A DNA stretch of 17,078 bases, taken from positions 52,289,879-52,306,956 of the forward strand of contig JANKJI020000002.1 of assembly GCA_024626585.2 (NCBI GenBank), read 5' to 3'. The stretch's first letter is position 1. Each line of letters starts with the position of its first letter. Source of the DNA: Ginkgo biloba. Lineage: Eukaryota > Plantae > Ginkgophyta. Under the pieces are notes generated by a model. The model worked only from the letters and a program-made list of their open reading frames with translations, was not told the DNA's origin and did not search any database. Made by a program: the position numbers and the translations under genes. Below are positions 10,381 through 17,078 of the stretch, one piece after another.

Positions 10381-11643
10381 TGTTACATCCCACTAAACTA
10401 TTGCACATTTGAGCTTGAAAAGTGGGACAAAGTCAGCCTTCAAAGATGTGTTGAATTCATCCTTGGAAAGCGTGCATAAGCCTAAGTTGAATCATGGGGT
10501 CAGATCACTAATATTGCCTACGATGAAACCCAATGGTGAGAAAATTGTTAAGAAAAGATCCAAGAGGGTGCTCCAATAGAGTGCACCTCCTTTCAAGGAA
10601 TAAACTATGATAGCAAAGAACCCTACAAGGCTTCTTGGGGTTTGGGGTAGCCCTAAGGATAAGCTTAACCCCTATGTGGAGATTATGCCAAGGAATTTTC
10701 TTCTACAAGCTTAGAAGTCATTCTTTTTCTATTGCAACTACTTTCTGCATAAGTAGAGCCAAGCTATTATCATTATAGCGACTTTTCAATGCATAATTTC
10801 TCTAAATAAGTGTTCAGATCTCTTCTATTGGGCAATGCAAATTGACTGCCAGTCTTAGAACAAAGTTCCATTGTAAATTTTGGCCCAAAGAACCTCCAAG
10901 ATGAGTCGCAAGGCTTCTTCATACCCAATGGCTGAGTTTTGCAAACCTAATGCACTTAGTTGACCCTCTAAAGCAAGTCGTAGGCTTTGGAATAGTAGAG
11001 TTGATATGTTCTTACCCTTGGAAAACTTTGCGATCTTCAGCTACTCAGTTTGAACTAGTAAGTTACCATAAGTTGTAAGTGTATAGTGAAACCCTACTTT
11101 TTGTGTTTATTTATGCATATTGTCATAAATTAATATAAATAAAATTAGTTTGAAATCTGAATTTTTAGTTATGTATGCATGTATGGGGGCTATAACCGTA
11201 GGATTATAGAAATTACTTCTTTATAATAAACTGCTTTTGATGATAGAACAATTCTATCATCTTTACTGTTGAAAATGAATTGCTTGAATAATTAGGGTTT
11301 AGTATATTTATTACTCCCTCTTAGTTTACGTTTATGAACCTTAGAGGCTAGCTTAGGGGGTGGCTTGCCCTAACAAGGAATCCACTAAGGCGATCTATTG
11401 GGTATAGCTATGGCTATACTAAGGCATTTATGCATTTTTTTTGGCTAAGCCATAGCCCTAGTGGGAATTAATTATTTCTTTGGGCAAATTGATAGTGCGG
11501 GTAGGGCTAGCACCCTGAGAATCCTTGAAGATGCTCCTATGCTATGAGGTCTGTGAACACTCATAGTGGGCCATAAATCTAGACTAGCTTGCAGGTTGTA
11601 TTAGTGCACTCTTTGTTCATGCTCACATTTATGTTGTGTCACA
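10381..11643. mobile_element. LTR-like segment interrupting the 9635-10378 integrase
   Basis: Integrase homology stops abruptly at TGTTACATCCC (10381), a typical gypsy LTR terminus. TGTCACA at 11637-11643 could be this LTR's end or the start of another LTR. Non-coding; no matching TSD. Confidence 0.35.
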
Positions 11644-12007
11644 TATCCGACCTTAAGCCTTCAAGTTTGGTTAGTACTTGACATATAATTTATCATCAAC
11701 GAACATTAGTACATACATATATAAGCACAGTGGATAGAAAAACAAATATCTTANNNNNNNNNNNNNNNNNNNNNNNNNNNNNNNNNNNNNNNNNNNNNNN
11801 NNNNNNNNNNNNNNNNNNNNNNNNNNNNNNNNNNNNNNNNNNNNNNNNNNNNNTAGCCCCCTCAATGAGCCATATCTATGGGATCATGTGCTATCCCTCT
11901 AAAGGAACAATGGTATATCATTGCATGTGTCTAATCCAAAGCTAATAGGTATTTCATTCTATTCCTTATTTTGGCATGGCCAAGGGGCACAGGAAAGTAA
12001 ATAAGAA

Positions 12008-12626
12008 ATGGATTTGCCTCCATGGCAAAATGGGGTTAGAAATGATGATGGAAGAATTTTTTGGTTGATCAGACGCTCTAGGAAGTAGAAAGAATTTTCC
12101 TTGCTCAAGGGCATGAAGTAAACCACGATTTTAGAGAAGGACAAAGGATGTTGCTTACTCAAGCACAGGATGCAGTATCGTATGATCTAAGTGCGGTTCT
12201 ACAGGCCTTTGAAATCGGCGATGTAGACATGCTTAGAAGGGCTCTCAAGAACTTGTAGTGCAACATTAACCAAATTGACGAAGACAGGGACACTTCTCTT
12301 CATTTGGGTTGTCACTATGGAAACAGAACTTGTGCACAGGTCCTTTTGAAAGGGGAGCAAGCTTAGATTTAATGGATGATAACAGAGCGATCCCTCTCCA
12401 TGATGCATGTGCACGAGGGTTTATTAAAATTTTCCAAGCTTTGTTGGATGTTGTTGGGACTAAGGACCACTTGGAAGTAGCACAATTGTTATCAGAGCTT
12501 CTCCGAATTGGGAATGGCATATTATTATGGCGTGAATAGATTTCCTTTAAAGAAAAGACAACAGACCGAGTTGTTGGATTCCTGAAGAAGATGAATGCCC
12601 GTGAGCTGAGGCAGAGTCGAAAATGA
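12008..12626 (+). pseudogene. Intronless (probably processed) pseudogene of a small plant ankyrin-repeat protein, resembling the 'GDTALHLTCLYGH...AIPLHDACAGG' family
   Basis: 12181-12350: YDLSAVLQAFEIGDVDMLRRALKNL*CNINQIDEDRDTSLHLGCHYGNRTCAQVLL. After a frameshift at about 12344-12350: ERGASLDLMDDNRAIPLHDACARGFIKIFQALLDVVGTKDHLEVAQLL. These are two clear ankyrin repeats. Stops at 12079-81, 12256-58 and 12537-39. Probable ATG at 12008. The 3' end is uncertain. Confidence 0.87.
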
Positions 12627-13868
12627 TGCTGCATAAAGACAAAGACAGAGATAGTAGAGCTACCCATGTTTGTTTGAGGTGTAGCACGCTAAAGATGAAA
12701 AAAATTGTAGGCGGACGAGGCGATGGGAGAAGCCGCAACCTAAAATCAAAATTAAATTTTTACCCTAAAGCAAAAAATTTAATTTTTTGTTATGTTGATA
12801 ATGTCGACCTCTTTTATAAAACATATGGTCACGTGAAGTCTATATGACCTCAAGATTGGAGTTAAGTCTTTTGAATCACTTTTTGACACCACCTTTATGT
12901 TTCAAAATATATTTTATTATATAAAAAATAATAATGGCTTAGTAGAAAAGCATGCAAGTTTTGAAAAGGAGGTATCAGATTCAAAAGTCATAGAGTTATT
13001 TTTTTCAAAATCCAATTTAAGGTGGTCACATGTATGACCAAGGGTTAAAAGAAAAAAATTGAAGATAGTATGCCCTAGAAAGATGTGTTTTTCCTCCTCC
13101 AAAGACATCGGTCGAGATATGTTGTAAAATCTTGATAGTTTGTAGGCATGGAGTCTGTTGCAAGGATAGCTGAAAGACAAATTGTAATATTTTGTAAATG
13201 TTTGAAAATTTGCAGGCATGGAATAGATAGGGTAGAAATAAGTAGAAAGTGTGAGAGTTGGGGCTGAGTTGCTGCAAGAGGCAGCAAGTATGTGTAGTGG
13301 TATGTGTTGCCACATAATGATGAGATGTTGTATTGACATAATGTAAGTGGCATTGATTTTGGGGATGAAGTCCCACAGTTTTAAGATTTGATGAGAATCA
13401 TGTAACCAGGCAATTGACCTACAGAATCGGCGAGCACTGTGGTTGGTTACCTAGGTGTCTCAGTGGATGGTAGTGTGTCCATATGCACTATCAAACCAGA
13501 TAAGCTATTTGATGGTGGTCTACTAAATATAGGGACAGGTACAAGATGTTATTGATAGGATTAAATCTCACAAAGTGAAGTAGTTGAATGAAGATAAGAA
13601 GAAGCATTGTTGGTCAAAGACAAGAAACAAGTATAGCATAATAAGGATTTGAATCATTGTGTTTCCTTCTATTTATTGTGTAATGATTTGTCTTGTAATG
13701 TGACCATAGAATGTGACAAAGTTTTTTTGTAATGTAAGATCCCCACATATGTAAAGGCTAAGAGCCTGNNNNNNNNNNNNNNNNNNNNNNNNNNNNNNNN
13801 NNNNNNNNNNNNNNNNNNNNNNNNNNNNNNNNNNNNNNNNNNNNNNNNNNNNNNNNNNNNNNNNNNNN

Positions 13869-15480
13869 GAAGTGAAGTTGTGAGGAAGTACTCATAGAAG
13901 TGTTAAAGATCGTGCCATTTGTCTTGCAAAGGTTCACCTATAGGAATCTACTACCACAAAAAAAGGCCAAAGCGTCCAACGATCCCTGAATCCTTTCTAG
14001 AGTGGGAGAAATAAGGACAACATTATTAATAAAAAGAAGGATAACATTCAAGACACTGTGCAAAATTCATCCGTCCATTCCCTTTGTGGCATCACGGATA
14101 TCTTGCTCCTGCTCATCAATGAACAAGCCAAACAAAATGGTTGATAGAGGGAATTCATGATTGACCCCCATAATATGAAAAATGTCCATGGATAATCTGT
14201 GTGTAGTATGCAATTGATTCACTACCTACCCATATAAGATAATAACTACAATGATAATGACATTTGGAACACAATATATGGAATCTCTCCATGAGAAGAT
14301 GACTTGGAACTTAGTCAAAGTCTTTCCAAAAGTCTATGAAGAAGTAATAAACCTTTAAATGCTAGTACTTAGCCCCCTCAATGATATCTCTAAGTGTAAA
14401 GATGTGATCAAGAGTATGGTGATCCTAATGGAAACCTACTTGTGCCTTAGCTTTGAGGCCCTCTTGATCAACTAGCTCTGAGATATAAGAGTAAAGAATA
14501 GTGGAGTAAAGCTTGGCCAAGTTATGGATGATCATGATGATCTCATAGTTCCCAAGATCCAATGCATCCCCTAATTTAATAATGGAGTGTATGATATTTG
14601 AGGTCCAAGAGGGAGGAAAACATGAAGAGGAAATCTCATTAACTAGGGAAAAGAAAGTGTATCTATTGCATAATTGATAAATTATGATTACAGACCCTCA
14701 ATGTCTCTAATTTTCTAGTTTAGAGTTTATAAATGGATTTTCAAACTAGATCTCAAGTAAAAAGAAAGCAAGATGTGGAAAGGGACGAAGTTGGCAGTGG
14801 GGGTTGCTTAGGAATGTGGTAGAGAGGGTAGGCATGGGTTTGACATGTTTCAAGATCAAATAAACAATAAGGGGTTTGTATGCATAAGATTTCTCTAGAA
14901 AATCTTGGGTTTATCTTGTAGGGTGTAGAAAATCTTGAGCCTTCTCAAAGATAAGATAGGTCACTTCTTGCACGTAAGAAGATACCTATATTCTCTTTGG
15001 ATTTTTTGGGAATTTTGGTTGGAAGAGAATGTCTAGCTTAAGATTCTTGTGCATTTNNNNNNNNNNNNNNNNNNNNNNTTTTCATTCGTCATTGAATTGG
15101 CTACTTTTAGGGAAAAAGTCAAGTGTAGGAGTGGAGATAGAAGGGGAGGGGTGATGTGTCATGTGTGGAAAGGACTCAAAATGTTGCTTTCAAAAGTGAT
15201 TGAGTGAGAAAGTCTACCTTTGGTTCAATTGAGAGGAAGGATTAATTTTTTGGTCGTAATCAAGTTATGCTTTCTCAATACTCTCATCATAAGCAAGATC
15301 AAATTCTACAATAATAATGGGATTTTGGGTAGGGGATTTGGTTATGTAGGTGTGGCCTACATGCAGAAGGTGGGAAGAGAAGTGTAAGTCTACTATAATA
15401 GGTAGATTAGTTAAATTGGCAAGGAAATAGTGCTAGAACTCTCCTGTATGGGCATAATAGTTGTGTGCATCAGATCTATA
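13869..15480 (-). mobile_element. Decayed non-LTR retrotransposon (LINE, RTE/RTEX-like) ORF2: end of endonuclease, linker and reverse transcriptase
   Basis: RT motifs: NYEIIMIIHNLAKLY; AQVGFH*DHHTLDHIFTLRDIIE; IMGVNHEFPLSTILFGLFIDE (the GVKQGCPLSPTLF motif, about 14115-14175); ILLFINNVVLIS (the LLFADD motif, about 14005-14043); LDALAFFC...VNLCKT. Linker motifs FPKSSQFNDE*K (about 15079-15114) and DKPKIF*RNL. Confidence 0.9.
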
Positions 15481-15514
15481 AAATTTCAAAACTTTGTTCA
15501 AAATAAATAAGTCA

Positions 15515-16286
15515 TGTGACATATTAAGGCCCAAAAGGTGTTTTCCATAGGTGGATATTACCTATGAATCTATTGACCCCTATCCAAAACAAACTTAGAG
15601 TGATATAGCTCATAAGTGTATAACTCATCTTCTGAGACATCATGCATCAGGGTCTATAGTATCCCTATATGGCATGAAAGTCTCAAACTAAGATGACCTC
15701 TCCCTGAGAGGTGAAGCAAGCAATCTTCATGTAGAGATCCATGTATGGGGAATATCCACTTTTTTCTAGAGAAAACCTCGAAGAACCTCAAGGAAGGTAG
15801 TTGAATGTTATGCAAACACTCCTCCCCGCAAGGTTATGATAGAGTTATATCCATAGAAATCTAGAGTGGAAATCATTTACTACTAGAGAATATAGAGTCA
15901 TATAAGTGGATTTGAAAGAGACAAGTTACTCCACTAAAACCTTGAATGCCACCTAGTGTTTAAGTCTCACGTTAACATGTTAAAAACCATTCATAACATG
16001 TGATGTGAGGAAAAGGGTGCTCTCCCCTACTCCCATTGGCCTAAGATAACTTGGGAAGAGGCCAAGGTTGGTCTTACTACACAGGAGGTGAATCTTGAAT
16101 CCATTCTAGTCATCAAGAATATAAATCCCTTTGAATCTTGCTTGAATTGACCATGATTCATAAGCCCAATACTTTGAAGTCATACTCCAAGTGGATCCAG
16201 TGATAGAATAGGATGCTTAATGATGATCATACAATTGGTTGAATATGGCGCGGGTTTTATAGAGAAAACCTAGGGAGCCTCTAACA
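15515..16286 (+). mobile_element. LTR sequence: either one 5' LTR, or two abutting LTRs at 15515-15998 and 15999-16286
   Basis: Starts TGTGAC where LINE homology ends. Internal junction ...ATAACA|TGTGATG at 15998/15999. Ends CTAACA immediately before the PBS. Confidence 0.6.
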
Positions 16287-16287
16287 A

Positions 16288-16299
16288 TGGTATTAAAGT
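16288..16299 (+). promoter_or_regulatory. Primer-binding site complementary to initiator tRNA-Met (degenerate)
   Basis: TGGTATTAAAGT versus canonical TGGTATCAGAGC (9/12). All three mismatches are C>T or G>A. It lies 1 nt after the LTR-terminal CA. Confidence 0.75.
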
Positions 16300-17078
16300 C
16301 AATTTTTGGTTTCAGATGCTTCCACCAAAATGACATTCAAGGCATGCAGAACAATTGGAAAAGACTCTAGAAGAACAAGAATAAAGGTTGTATGAACAGT
16401 GAGTTGAGGTACTGCAAATGGAAATCCAACAAGGTAGTGGAGGACCATGGTTAGAATGTGTCTATAGGATAAAAACTAGAGAAGAAAAAGGTTCTCCCTC
16501 TAAAAGATTCAACTAAAGAAAGATTAGAAGGAATACAAGACTAGATTGTCACAAAAATGTTTAGAAGAGAGACAAACTCCATAATCAAAGATGGCCAAGG
16601 CTCAAGCAGTCATCATTGAGTGAAAGGAAAGAGGGAACATGAAAACTACTAAATTATGCAATAAGTGAAGATCCCAAACTTTGATGGCAAAGGAACTAGA
16701 GAAAATTTTCACTTGGTTAAGAAAGGTTGAAAAGTAGTTTAAAACTTGCAATGCTTCTAATAGGAAAAAACTAATCCTTGCTCAGTTGTCATCAAAAGAT
16801 GCATGAAGTATATGGTGCCAAAGATTTGAAGGATAAGTTTAGTGTGGAGTAAGAGAACCCATTTACACATGGGAACAAATGAAATATTAATCAAAAAAAT
16901 GTGCATACCAATAAATGATGAAAAGAAGCACTAAGGAAGATAGATGATGATCTAACATGAGATTACAACCAGAAACTAGAGGTACTATTGCTTTTAACAA
17001 TGGAACAACAAAAAATAGTATAGGTTCATCACTTTATCACAGGTTTGAATATTAATATGAGTAGTCTCTTTTACAAAG
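16300..17078 (+). mobile_element. Decayed Ty3/gypsy gag region (chromovirus, CRM-like Retrotrans_gag)
   Basis: VKIPNFDGKG (from 16665), a frameshift, then IFTWLRKVEK*FKTCNASNRKKLILAQLSSKDA*SIWCQRFE...REPIYTWEQMK (to 16884). This matches the gag pattern IPxFxG...WxxxVE...WW...TWEEMK. Confidence 0.82.

Larger units (their letters stand above)
1352..15078. other. Assembly gaps at 1352-1397, 2772-2871, 3995-4094, 7527-7600, 9084-9634, 11754-11853, 13769-13868 and 15057-15078
   Basis: N-runs seen directly. Four are exactly 100 N, the convention for gaps of unknown size, so distances across them are unreliable. Confidence 0.99.

Noticed and set aside
11854-11868. Exact 15-mer TAGCCCCCTCAATGA, also at 14370-14384
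   Set aside because: The similarity does not extend, the second copy is inside LINE RT coding sequence, and one such match in 17 kb is plausible by chance.
12266-12667. 133-aa minus-strand ORF
   Set aside because: Antisense shadow of the plus-strand ankyrin pseudogene, with no recognisable motif.
12917-13376. Three overlapping minus-strand ORFs (92-140 aa)
   Set aside because: No recognisable motifs. All three frames being open points to compositional strand bias in repeat-like non-coding DNA.

Overview
AT-rich, gapped eukaryotic scaffold with 8 N-runs, four of them exactly 100 N. It looks like a large, heavily methylated land-plant genome; gymnosperm or fern is my inference from the TE types and the CpG depletion. 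No intact protein-coding gene is visible. Most of the window is decayed transposon sequence: three minus-strand Ty3/gypsy pol fragments (two ending in a chromodomain), a minus-strand RTE-like LINE ORF2, a plus-strand gypsy LTR-PBS-gag start and several LTR-like tracts. Two host-derived pieces sit among them. One is an intronless, disabled ankyrin-repeat pseudogene (about 12008-12626, +). The other is an apparent terminal exon for a tail-anchored membrane protein (2279-2578, -), which the ORF track misses. There is also a degenerate 24-27 bp array with palindromic cores (4201-4445) and a tRNA-like relic (1071-1140). I found no well-supported new biological system; the best leads are listed as findings. 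All protein matches are by-eye motif recognition, not database searches.
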